This document shows, one piece after another, positions 12,456 to 25,066 of a DNA stretch of 64,000 bases; the first letter of the stretch is position 1, and every line of letters begins with the position of its first letter. The stretch spans positions 26,412,001 to 26,476,000 of the forward strand of contig NW_027361727.1 of NCBI RefSeq assembly GCF_039654945.1, given 5' to 3'. The position numbers were made by a program, and so were the translations under genes. Under the pieces are notes generated by a model. The model was not told the DNA's origin. It worked only from the letters and a program-made list of their open reading frames with translations, and did not search any database. The DNA is from Dendrobates tinctorius (taxonomy: Eukaryota).

Positions 12456-15090
12456 TTGCCCCTATGTACAAGAATATAACTACTATAATACTGCCCACCA
12501 TGTATAAGAATATAACTACTATAATACTGCCCCTATGTACAAGAATATAATTACTATAATACTGTCCCTATGTACAAGAATATAACTACTATAATACTGC
12601 CTCTATGACCAATAATATAACTACTATAATACTGCCCCTATGAACAAGAATATAACTACTATAATACCGCTACTATGTAGAAGAATATAACTACTATAAT
12701 ACTGCCCCTATGTACAAGAATATAACTACTATAATACTGCCCACTATGTACAAGAATATAACTACTAGAATACTGCCCCTATGTACATGAATATAACTAC
12801 TATAATACTGCTCCTATATACAAGAATATAACTACTATAATACTGCTCCCTATGTACATGAATATAGCTACTATAATACTGCTCCTATATACAAGAATAT
12901 AACTACTATAATACTGCTCCTATATACAAGAATATAACTACTATAATACTGCCCCTATGTACATGAATATAACTACGATAATACTGCTCCTATGTACAAG
13001 AATATAACTACTATAATACTGCTCCCTATGTGCAAGAATATAACGACTGTAATACTACCCACTATGTATAAGAATATAACTACTATAATACTGCCCCTGT
13101 ATGCAAGTATATAACTACTATAATACTGTCCCTATGTACAAGAATATAACTACTATAATACTGCTCCCTATGTACAAGAATATAGCTACTATAATACTGC
13201 CCACTATGTATAAGAATATAACTACTATATTACTGCCCACTATGTACAGGAATAAAACTACTGTAATACTGCTCCTATGTACAAGAATATAACTACTATA
13301 ATACTGCCCCTTATACAAGAATATAACTACTATAATACTGCCCCTATATACAAGAATATAACTACTATAATACTGCCCCCTATATACAAGAATATAACTA
13401 CTATAATACTGCTCCCTATGTACAAGAATATAACTACTATAATACTGCCCACTATGTATAAGAATATAACTACTATATTACTGCCCACTATGTACAGGAA
13501 TAAAACTACTGTAATACTGCTCATATGTACAAGAATATAACTACTATAATACTGCCCCTTATACAAGAATATAACTACTATAATACTGCCCCTATATACA
13601 AGAATATAACTACTATAATACTGCCCCCTATATACAAGAATATAACTACTATAATACTGCCCACTGTGTACAAGAATATAACTACTATAATACTGCTCCT
13701 ATGTACAAGAATATAATTACTATAATACTGCCCTTATGTACAAGAATATAACTACTATAATACTGCCCCTATCTACAAGAATATAACTACTATAATACTG
13801 CCCCTATATACAAGAAAATATAACTACTATAATACTGCCCACTATGTACAAGAATATAACTACTATAATACTGCCCCTATATACAAGAATATAACTACTA
13901 TAATACTGCCCCTATATACAAGAATATAACTACTATAATACTGCTCCCCATATACAAGAATATAACTACTATAATACTGCCCACTATATACAAGAATGTA
14001 ATTACTATAATACTGCTCCTATGTACAAGAATATAGCTACTATAATACTGCCCCTTATACAAGAATATAACTACTATAATACTGCCCCTATATACAAGAA
14101 TATAACTACTTTAATACTGCCCCTATATACAAGAATATAACTACTATAATACTGCCCCTACTGTATATACAAGAATATAACTACTAAAATACTGTCCACT
14201 ATGTACAAGAATATAACTACTATAATACTGCCCACTATGTACAAGAATAAAACTACTATAATACTGCTCCTATGTACAAGAATATAACTGCTATAATACT
14301 GCCCCTATGTACAAGAATATAACTGCTATAATACTGCCCCTATATACAAGAATATAACTACTATAATACTGCCCCTATATACAAGAATATAACTACTATA
14401 TTACTGCCCCCTATATACAAGGATATAACTACTGTAATACTGCCCCTATGTACAAGAATATAACTACTGTAATACTGCCCCCTATGTACAAGAATATAAC
14501 TACTATAATACTGCCCACTATGTACAAGAATATAACTACTATAATACTGCCCATATGTACAAGAATATAGCTACTATAATACTTCCCCTATATACAAGAA
14601 TATACTATAATACTGCCCCCTATGTACAAGAATATAACTACTATAATACTGCTCCTATGTACAAGAATATAACTACTATAATACTGCCCCTATATACAAG
14701 AATATATCTACTATAATACTGCCCACTATGTACAAGAATATAACTACTATAATACTGCCCCTATGTACAAGAATATAACTACTATAATACTGCCCCTATA
14801 TACAAGAATATATCTACTATAATACTGCCCCCTATGTACAAGAATATAACTACTATAATACTGCTCCTATGTACAAGAATATAACTACTATAATACTGCC
14901 CCTATATACAAGAATATATCTACTATAATACTGCCCCCTATGTACAAGAATATAACTACTATAATACTGCCCCTATGTACAAGAATATAACTACTATAAT
15001 ACTGCCCCTATGTACAAGAATATAACTACTATAATACTGCTCCTATGTACAAGAATATAACTACTATAATACTGCCCCTATGTACAAGAA
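12456..15090. repeat. 35/36-bp satellite, right array (~74 copies)
   Basis: Same unit and orientation as 4794-9420. Confidence 0.98.
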
Positions 15091-15659
15091 AATACTGTCT
15101 TGTATTTCTGTAATTCATTGAAGTAATACGTTTGTGATTTTCTATTTTTATGTTCTCTCTATAATAACCTCATCGCTCAGAGTGTGCAATTTAATATTCC
15201 AAATAGTCCTATTTATCTGTTCATTTTCTTTTCGTTTTTACATGCTCAGTGAAATCAATATGGAAGTTCTCTCTATTGTGATGAGGTCAGTTTGTGTAAT
15301 GTAACAATATTTGCAGGACTTAATAGAATATTTGCTAAACATTGGTCTCATTAAGAGCTCGTGGCTTCTGGGTGTTTTCGATTTATAGTGCAATTCTTCA
15401 AAGTCTCCTGTAAGTTTCGGTGCAGTTCATAATAGGAGGACAAAGCAATTAATGGAACTATTTGGAAACGCTTTTACAGGGGCTGGAATTTTGCTGCATC
15501 TTTAAGTTTATATTTGAAAGGTTTATCAGTTTAGTTTATATAAAGTATACTTTTATTTTATACTTAGTTCAACAGATATATGTTGTAGTCATACCCTTAT
15601 CTGGAGTCTTTATAACTCTAAAATATTCACACCTGATTATTATGTCCTTTTTCGGTGTT

Positions 15660-15722
15660 TTTGCTCCAATAGGTGGCGCTAGAGTTCAGGTCCTCTTCCT
15701 TTCTTAAGAGGCAATTTGCATA
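15660..15722 (+). mobile_element. Fragment of the retrozyme-like short repeat family (CTCF-like and octamer motifs)
   Basis: ccaataggtggcgctagagttc...gaggcaatttgcata overlaps in sequence with 32530-32560 and with the reverse complement of 41945-41985. Confidence 0.6.
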
Positions 15723-15848
15723 GAAACACAGATATGTATTCATTGAAGTTGTGTCATTAGAAATTGGAATTCTGGGTATAATTAATGGAAAGGTAAAGGT
15801 GGACATATCTATAGCAAACTTTTATGAATCAGATTTCAAAATACTTAA

Positions 15849-16405
15849 AGGGGTTTAACCAAGAATAAAGTTACTTTTAAAGTTTATTTTAATCTATACA
15901 TCTTGGAATAGTAATAGTTTCCACAATCGGATGTGTTTAAAAAAAAATGTTCCTGTGCTGAGATAATCTTATAAAGGTATCCCTGCTGTGTACTGTGTAA
16001 TGGTCGTGTTCGACCATACAGGAATATGGCCTGATCATACTACATCTCCTGGGCAGGGGAGGAAGTAAGAGAGAGTATATAGACATTACAGCAGGGGATC
16101 ACAGATGATTCTTTTTTATGGAGTAAAACATTTCCCTGCCTGTTTATAAAAATATGTTTACCTGAAAGAAAGAATTATTTGTCACCCCATGCTGTAATAT
16201 CTGTATACCTTTTTACTTCCTCCCCTGCCCAGGAGCTGTGGTATGATCAGACCATGTCCCTGTATGGTCAGAGACGACCATTACACAGTACACAGCAGGG
16301 GCACATTTATAAGATTATCTCAGCACAGGAACATTTTTTTTAAAACACATCCAATTGTGGAAGTTATTATTATTCCAAGATCTATTCATTAAAATGTACT
16401 TTGGC
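15849..16405. mobile_element. Fold-back MITE, TTAA/AGGGG-type (T2/Kolobok-like)
   Basis: Starts TTAA|AGGGG and has ~250-bp inverted arms, e.g. tgttcctgtgctgagataatcttataaa / tttataagattatctcagcacaggaaca. The right terminus is degraded. Confidence 0.8.
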
Positions 16406-17637
16406 TTTTCGAATTTTTTTTTTAATCAAAAAAAGTGTGTACTAAGTACCCTATGTTATTGATATGCATAATTGCTTTTTACTTACTTATAGCAGGGTAT
16501 ATGTTCATTTTGTTTCTATCTTAGGTTTTGTCTATGGAACTATAATGTATTCTTGCCCCTAATAGAAGCGGGTTCTCTACTCTGGAGCCACCCAAACCAA
16601 AGAGCAGCTAACAAAGAACGTTTTCTTCTCTGGAGGACCCGGCAAATCCATAAATTACATAGACAGCCATTTAATTTTAATATAATCAGTGCAATGCCTC
16701 ATATGTCCAGTGGTGGCACTGCAGAGAAACGAAACATGTGCTTCTGATCACTGATCGCCGGCTGATCTTATAGGTATAACCTGTTACCATCTTACTGCTC
16801 AGGGACCCTTGTAAAAAAAAAAAAATTAAAAAAAAAAGTTAGGATAAGGAATTAAGCTCATGATAAAACATTTAAGGACTTTTAAATAAAAATCCCTCTA
16901 ATTTACAATATATAAATATTTGCGTCTTTAATTCCTTTTATTAAATAGACTTGTGCTGGCTGTAACTTCTCTTTAAAATTGCATTTTGGCCTCAGCAGAT
17001 GTTTTACACCAGTAATACAGATAATTGCTTGACTTTCCTTTTTCCAACCTGTATGTCAAGCAGCCACTTTTTTTTGTGTAACTGGGTCAATCCTTCACCC
17101 ACGCGATGAAATACTGAAGTTTTTGGCTGCGTTAATAGAATCTAGCAGCCAATATTCCCTGATAAGTCATTATCTCCAACATGGTTACCAATCTGCTATG
17201 TAAGAGAATTCCAGGGTCCCTGATTACTTCAGTCTTTTCTGTGAATTCGCCCATTTTTAATGAAATATATCTGGTTAGCTGATCCGTATACCGAGCGCAA
17301 CTCAAAATGAAGTGAATATTTTCAATAAACACAGGTTAATTTTAGTATATTTTCTGTTTCGTACACGACAATTATGAAATTGACCTTTCGTTGAGGACTG
17401 TATAAACAAATATATTTTGCATGAATAAATAATTGGAAGGTAAAGGGGCTACTTGGGTTTGAAGATAATGGACAATTAAAAAAAAAAAAATACTCTTGTC
17501 CGTAGACTTTGTACCTCAACCTCATTTAATTACTGTGGCAGAGCTGCAATACCAGATACAGCCTATAGATATGAGTGGTGCTGTTTCACACCATACCACA
17601 AATGAACGTACCTGTACGTCTGCGCTGGAGTCCGCAT

Positions 17638-18150
17638 TGTTGTGAGTTCATTTTTCCCTTCACCAGTGAGGTCTGATGAACTCCCTCTTCTGGCGAAGGA
17701 AGGTAGTGAGGCTGATTACCAAACAGCTGAGCAGGTACATGATGACTGGGTCACAGGAACTGATGACTGGATATAAGGCAGCCGACGCCCTGCTGCCTTG
17801 CTGGTGATTTTGTCCTATTTAGTTAGCTTGGGCCGCATCATTTGCTCAACCTATATTTCTATCTGTGTTAGTGTTTTTCATCTTGCTTCACAGTCATTAT
17901 ATGTTGGGGGCTGCCTATTGCTTTGGGGTCTGCTCTGGGGCAGTTTAGATTTCCCCTTTCTGTCTTTAGGCTAATTTAGTTCTCCGGCTGTGATCGAGGG
18001 GTCTAGGGCACTGTAGGAACCCCCCACGGCTACTGATAGTTGTTGTGGATAGGTTCAGGGGTCTGCAATCCGATAGCTGCCAACTTCTCTGGTTTTCTGG
18101 ACTTAGCTATTATTTTTGTTTTTTCCTCCTTCGGTGAGTCATCCATAACA
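17638..18150. mobile_element. Solo LTR (513 bp)
   Basis: TGTTGTG...CATAACA termini, flanked by a perfect 6-bp duplication CCGCAT. Confidence 0.85.
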
Positions 18151-19164
18151 CCGCATGTGTGGAGTGGACACAAGAACTAGCGCCATAATTGTAGGGTTCC
18201 AATTCCAGTTGAGGGCATTCTAAAGGTCCCCATGCTTACCACCTTGGAACTTCAGTGAAGCCCAGCCATAGGCTGAGCTTCAAAGGACGCCTTGATTTAC
18301 ATTATATCTTGTAATACAGTAGAACAAGCGATGAAAGAGTCACAGGTTCAGGTGCCCTATGGGGACTAAAAAAGTAAAACAGAGAAAAATAAAACTTTTT
18401 TTTTCAAATAAAAAAATATATAAACATTAGAAGTTAACCACTTTTTTCATGTTTAAAATATGGAAATAAATAAAAATACTAAAAACAATTAAGAAAAATA
18501 TGAAACAATTATTAAAATAAAAAAACAATTATCCCGAAGAGTAAGCAATGATAAAATAAAAAAATATGGGTCTTGAAAAAACTAAACTAAAATATTTTTT
18601 TATTATAGAAACTTTAAATAAAAAGAAACGATGCAAGTTTGGTTCAGTCATAACCTGGGGAATCATGACTACATTCTGAGTACATTGATGTATCTAAAGG
18701 CAGACTGGTAGAGTGTGGGGAAAGTAGGGCTTTGGAAGCCACTTATATGCCTTTTTTTTTTTTTACATGAACAAAGACAAATTCCGTAATATAATAGTTT
18801 GTAAAGTTTCACAACTTTCCACGCCAAGCAAATTTCAAAATAAAAAAGTTTAGTTAAAATAAAAGAATCTATTTTTTCTTTCAGTTTTAATCTTTAAAAA
18901 AATAACGTTATGCCGTGAATCCTTATGATAAAAAGCACATGAATAACTACTATGGTCACAATCACAGAGTCATAAAAAAGGATGAAAAAATATTCTGAAC
19001 AGTTTCCACAAGTTTGGCCCCAAGTTTCCCAAATGACTAAATTATAAGTCTGCCTCTTTATATCAATAATCCATCCATCCATGACTCCAGTATCTCTTGG
19101 AAATCCATGAGACAAAGCTGCCATGTCTGCAGAGTCTTTAAGGAAGTCCATGTGGATCTTTGTC

Positions 19165-20690
19165 TCTCTACAGGAAGTGGGGCGGGTTTTTACCTTACTA
19201 TAGGAAGTTGGGTCTGATCTCTACCTCTCTACAAGATGTTAAGGTGGGGTTATAGCTCTCTACAGTAAGTGGGGGCTGGTCTTTGTATCTTTATGTGAAG
19301 CAGAGATAGGTCTTTATCTCTCTACAGGAAGAGAGCACAGGTCATTACCTCTCAACAAGAAATAGGGGTGGGTCTTTGCTTTTCTACTTTAAGTGGGGGT
19401 GGGTCTCTTTCTCTCTATAGTAAGTGGGGGTGGGTCTCTATCTCTGCAGTAAGTGGGGGTGGGTCTCTTTCTCTCTATAGTAAGTGGGGGTGGGTCTGTT
19501 TCTCTCTATAGTAAGTGGGGGTGGGTCTCTTTCTATAGTAAGTGGGGGTGGGTCTCTTTCTCTCTGCAGTAAGTGGGGGAGGGTCTCTTTCTCTCTATAG
19601 TAAGTGGGGGTGGGTCTCTTTCTCTCTATAGTAAGTGGGGGTGGGTCTCTTTCTCTCTATAGTAAGTGGGGGTGGGTCTCTTTCTATAGTAAGTGGGGGT
19701 GGGTCTCTTTCTCTCTATAGTAAGTGGGGGTGGGTCTCTTTCTCTCTATAGTAAGTGGGGGTGAGTCTCTTTCTCTCTATAGTAAGTGGGGATGGGTCTC
19801 TTTCTCTCTATAGTAAGTGGGGTGGGTCTCTATCTCTGCAGTAAGTGGGGGTGGGTCTCTTTCTCTCTGCAGTAAGTGGGGGTGGGTCTCTTTCTCTCTG
19901 CAGTAAGTGGGGGTGGGTCTCTTTCTCTCTATAGTAAGTGGGGGTGGGTCTCTTTCTCTCTGCAGTAAGTGGGGGTGGGTCTCTTTCTCTCTCTAGTAAG
20001 TGGGGTGGGTTTCTTTCTCTCTATAGTAAGTGGGGGTGGTTCTCTTTCTCTCTATAGTAAGTGGGGGTGGGTCTCTTTCTCTCTATAGTAAGTGGGGGTG
20101 GGTCTCTTTCTCTCTATAGTAAGTGGGGGTGGGTCTCTTTCTCTCTATAGTAAGTGGGGGTGGGTCTCTTTCTCTCTGCAGTAAGTAGGGGTGGGTCTCT
20201 TTCTCTCTGCAGTAAGTAGGGGTGGGTCTCTTTCTCTCTATAGTAAGTGGGGGTGGGTCTTTGTTTCTCTACAGGAAGAAGAGGTGGATCTTTGTCTCTG
20301 AAGGAAAAGGGAGAAGATCTTTAACTCTATGCTGGAAATTGGGGCAGGTTTTTGTCTCTACATAAAGTGAGGGTGGGTATTTATCTCTCTATAGAAAGTG
20401 GGGGCAGATAGTTGAGTCACTAGAGGAAGTTAGGGTGGGTCTTTACCTCTCTACAGGAAGTGAGGGTGGATCTTAAGAAGTTAGGTGAACTTTTTGACTC
20501 CCTACAAGAATTGGGGGTGGGTTTAAATCTTCTACAGAAAGAGGGAGCAGATCTTTGTCTCCTCACAGGAAGTGGGGACGCATTTATATTTCTATACAGG
20601 AAGTTTGGGTGGGTTTATGTATTTCTACTGAAAATTGGGGCAGGAGGGATTATCTCCCTAAAGAAATTGGGGCTGGTCTATAAGAAATGG
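19165..20690. repeat. G-rich ~31-bp minisatellite (homogeneous core ~19390-20260, degenerate flanks)
   Basis: Unit GTAAGTGGGGGTGGGTCTCTTTCTCTCTATA. Confidence 0.95.
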
Positions 20691-21852
20691 AGTTGTTCTT
20701 TACCTTCTTGCGCCTGTTCTCCAGTGTATCCAAACTGCAAACAGGCAGTACTGTGGAGAGGCAGGCTTTTAGTTCAAGTCGAGAGTGAGAGAATGACAAT
20801 TGAGACAGTTCCTGTTAGACATGGGAGACAGATCTTTGGAGCATGAGAGTTTAATAACGTGCAGGTGCTGAGTATGTCACCACAGAACAGACGGACCAAC
20901 AGTTAAAGGGAGGTTTATTTACAGGGATGTAAACTGGTAATATAGCAATGTGAGTATTGGAAAAGTGAAACAGGTTATCAGATAGGCAAACAGTATGAAC
21001 AGTCATAAACGGTATCTCTTGGAAAGAACTTATCAGTCTGAAGGTGACTTGCTTGCAGGGTCGTCTTCTCCAACGTAGGCGCCGAACAACAGCGGCACTT
21101 GTCATCTACAGTCTCTGTGAACTCTGTGGTCTTAACAATCCTCCGCTGGGGTCTCAAGGGTTGCTGCAATAGTCAGAGGGGGTACTGGGCAAATGGGGTC
21201 CCCTCAGCTCTGAGTCTTTAAGCACAACAGCCTCTCCCAGGGGAAACAAAACTCTGTCTCTTGATAGGTCTCTCAGCAGGAATCAGGGGCTCTGTACTAG
21301 CACCGTGGGTATTGGGACTACGTGTGGAGGTCACGGTTCCTGCACAGGTCACTGTCTCTGCACGGGCTGCTGTCTCTGCATGGGATGCTGTCTCTGCATG
21401 GGGCACTGTCTCTGCATGGGCCACACTCTTTGCACTGGTCACACTCTCTGCACAGGGCACTGTCTCTGCATGGGGGTCAGGACGCACCTCTCCTGTCACT
21501 GCAGATTCCGATTCCATGTGCCATCTCCCAGTGCAGTCCACCCGTGTCGGTCCTCTGAATGGGAGTTCTCTTTACTCTCCTGAGCGCAGCTGCGTCCTGC
21601 CCTGACCCATGCCCAAGCTGCTCTGAGGTCTGCGTGCCCACTTTTTCTGCTCTCTGCCCGGCTTCCTTCCTGTGCAGAACCACTTGCTCCTCCCCACTGC
21701 TACTGACAGGCCCATGATGCAGTCGGTCCAGGTTCAAGAGTCTTCCCCCTGGGAACCCTACTGAGCAGCTAAATGGTTCCGGGCATGGAGCAGAGGAGGT
21801 AAACCCTTTCTTGTCCTTCTTGTGCTTCAGCCCCTTACATTCCCCCTCTCTT

Positions 21853-23951
21853 AAATCTCGCCATTCCACGGGAGAGGGGTCGTCGTACTCCGCTATGTTC
21901 TGCTGAGAATGGACAACTGCCCACATCCTTCGCAACTCGTCTTTTTCTTCTGACTCTAAATTCTTCAAGTGAGGCCGGTCGAAGATATCCCCGTCTTCAT
22001 CTTCATCTTCATCAGTCATGGAGGAAAATACTTTGGAAGAACTCGGCTTAGTCTTCTTCTTTTTCCTCTTCCTTTTTGCCTTGCTGCTGGTAGCCACTTG
22101 AGTAGACGATTCGTCCCTTCCTCTGTCGTTAATAACAACTTCAGGGGTTCCTGGCTCGGGTCCCTCGGTCTGGAAGCTTAGTACGAGTGACTCTTCTACA
22201 CAGCTCCCCCCTCTTTGACAGGGGCACTCTCGTCCAAACTAGGACTGGATGGATTTAGATCATCCAAGGGGGAACCTTCACCATCCGTGCTGGGCTCCGC
22301 GTGCATCACTTCCCAGGGCTTCTCAGCTGCACTCCCTGTCTCGCACAACTGTTCCATCTCCTCTGTCCAGCCTGGATCTTGTGAGCTTTCAGCTGACACA
22401 TTCTTCACCTCAGAGGATGATACTAGCGGCTCCTTCTTCTCATTGACCAGAACTGTAGGAGCGTGTGTCTAAGAAGCTCTTTTCACCTCTTCTCCTTTGT
22501 CAGTAGCTTGTGGCAGGCCTATTAGCAACTCACTTCGATGGGCTACTTGGGCAATCATCTCTTCCTCCTCTTCGGGTCGAACCTCACGGTTGCGACCTCT
22601 TGACCCAGGTTGGGGTTCTATTAATCCGATCTCTACATGCCGGGACAGTATAGACATTTGTTCATGGACAGACAACATCTTCTCTACTTCTTATCGGCGT
22701 CTGACACAGTAACACTGTCTTGCTCTGAGTGGAGCTCTCCTCCCACCGTACCATTTTCTCCAGGGGCGATGCTCCCTCCAATTATCAGGACCCTCAGAGG
22801 GGTGAGGGGATCTCTGCCACTGCCTTTCTCGGGTAGGGCAATTTCTGCACAGGTGTCCCACTCTTCTGCATGCCCAGCACTCACATCTACTTCTGTCTGG
22901 CGGACGCTTTGATCTGGAACGTCGACCTCGGAGGGAAGCATCTCTCATCATTGGTTGCTCTTCACTCCAGGATACGGGACTACGCTCTGGAACCGCCACT
23001 GAAGTCTTCCTCATGCTCCACACCTCTCCTCTATCTTCCTCTTTCTGCTTCCACATGTTACCTTGGGGCATGCTGCTGGTCCCCAAGACAGCAGTAAGGG
23101 CTTTCCCTAGACTCTCAATCTTCTCCCAGATTCTTCTTATGTTCAGCCGGGAATCCTGGGTCCCTGCCGTCTCTTCTTCATTCGGGCTGAGTACTTCGCA
23201 GTTGTAGCATGTAGTCGGTCTCTGTCCCCAAGCGGCACTAGTCTCACATTGGGGGGCAGGCTCTACAGCAGGGGCCCTCTTATATTCAGCCATTTCTTCA
23301 TGGACCTGCTTAATCTCTTCTTTCAAATCTTCTACCCATTGAGGGGCAGCTACCTCCTCGCTTCATACCTTCCCCACCGATGCTATCACTCCCTGTTCCT
23401 GCTCGCGAGTGCGCGCCTCACTCCCAACCTGAGAGAAAGCCATGTCTGTTTTTTTCCGCATGCGCTCTTGCAGGGCCTGCTTCATCAACACGTCTCCCAA
23501 GCCTGTCACCAATTGATCTCGTGGCACAATGTCAATTGGCCCTACACCTATGTCATCCTTCCGTACGATGGCAGTATGGAGTTCCTGCAGGGCATTCATA
23601 AACTGCGTCACGGTCTCCCCCTCTCTTTGTACCCGGCGAAACAGTCGCATGTACAGTTCCCCTATGTCAGTGGGGTCCCCATGCGTCTCTTCAAGTATCC
23701 GTAATACTTTGTCCAGGGTATCTCTCCCAGGGGGACCTATGCATGACAGAATCCCATGCCTCCCCCTCCAGGGCCATCAATGCAATCTCTGCCTCCCGGG
23801 CTGGTGTCATGGGATGCATCCGCATCATTCCCCGGATACGCTCCGTCCAATCCCACAACATCACATTGCTCCCAGCAAACCTCGGCAAATTATTCAACAT
23901 GACTCCCAGTGGAATTCTAGTCCTGGGGCCTTCCAGACCAACGTGTGACAT
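21853..23951 (-). pseudogene. Degenerate Gypsy/PNMA-like gag with zinc knuckle and a long acidic C-terminal extension
   Basis: LPRFAG...WTERIRGMM...LEGEA; LFRRVQREGETVTQFMNALQEL...RDQLVTGL; CX2CX4HX4C knuckle CWACRRVGHLCRNC. Several in-frame stops and frameshifts. No protease, RT or IN motifs seen. Confidence 0.8.
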
Positions 23952-24754
23952 CCTGCCAACTACGCCAAATGTAATGACGTCCAGGTGCTGAGTATGTTAC
24001 CACTGAACAGATGGACCAACAGTTAAAGGGAGGTTTATTTACAGGGATGTAAACTGGTAATATAACAGTGTATTGGAAAAGTGAAACAGGTTGCAGGGTC
24101 GTCTTATCCAATGTAGGTGCCGAACAACAGCGGCACTTGTTGTCTATAGTCTCTGTGAACTCTGTGGTCTTAACAATCTTCCGCTGGGGTCTCAAAGGTT
24201 ACTGCAAGAGGCAGAGGGGGTACTGGGCAAATGAGGTCCCCTCTGCTCTAAGTCTTTTGTTTAAGCACAGCAACCTCTCCCAGGAGAAACAACACTCCAT
24301 CCCTTGTTAGGTCTCTCAGCAGGAATCAGGGCCTCTGTACTAGCTCCGCGGGTATCGGGGCTATGCGCGGGGGTCACTATCTCTGCACGGACCACTGTCT
24401 CTGCACAGGGCACTGTCTCTGCACGGGTCACACTCTCTGCACGGGGCACACTCTTTGCACTGGTCACACTCTTTGCACGGGGCACTGTCTCTGCACGGGG
24501 GTTAGGATGCACCTCTCCTGTCTCTGTAGACTCCGGTTGCATGTGCTCACACGATGCCATCTCCTAGTGCAATCCACCTGTGTTGGTCCTCTGAATAGGA
24601 GTTCTCTTTACTCTCCCGAGCGCAGCTGCGTCCTGCCCTGACCGCTGCCCAAGCTGCTCTGAGGTTTGTGCGCCCACTTTTCCCGCTCTCTGCCTGGCTT
24701 CCTTCCTGTGCAGCACCACTTCCTCCTCCCCACTGCTATTGACAGACCCATGAT

Positions 24755-25066
24755 TGAGACACAGAAAAAAAACAGTATGACAAATGTGCATGAATACTCT
24801 GTTGTAAAATATATGTAACAGTAAGCAGCAAGTGCTAGTAAAAGATGGTAACAAAAACAGGGTATTTAGTTGATACGTTTTTTGCAAAAAATGTACATTT
24901 CATCTTTTGCCAGCACTTGCTGCTTACTGTTACATATATTTTACAACAGAGTATTCATGCACGTTTGTCATACTGGTTTTTTTTTCTGTGTCTCAGTCTT
25001 TGGGTGATGTGAACATTGTCTTACTGACCTGTTCATTTTTGTGCATGCCTCATGTGTTTTTAATTT
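24755..25066. mobile_element. Short hairpin-plus-tail insertion (Penelope-like signature) inside the 5'LTR
   Basis: Absent from the other LTR. Flanked by a 16-bp duplication TTGACAGACCCATGAT (24739-24754 and 25067-25082). ~95-bp inverted arms (24755-24848 / 24901-24995) plus a ~70-bp tail. Confidence 0.8.

Noticed and set aside
19390-20260. Tandem recursive splice sites (polypyrimidine-AG / GTAAGT)
   Set aside because: The G is shared (TATAGTAAGT), not the AG|GT juxtaposition a recursive site requires.
21218-21605. Cys/His-rich ORFs in the LTRs (also 24261-24641)
   Set aside because: Translations of 18-bp LTR-internal repeats in several frames.
23950-23967. tRNA-Ser gene
   Set aside because: Only the 18-nt 3'-end match next to an LTR, so it is a primer-binding site, not a tRNA gene.
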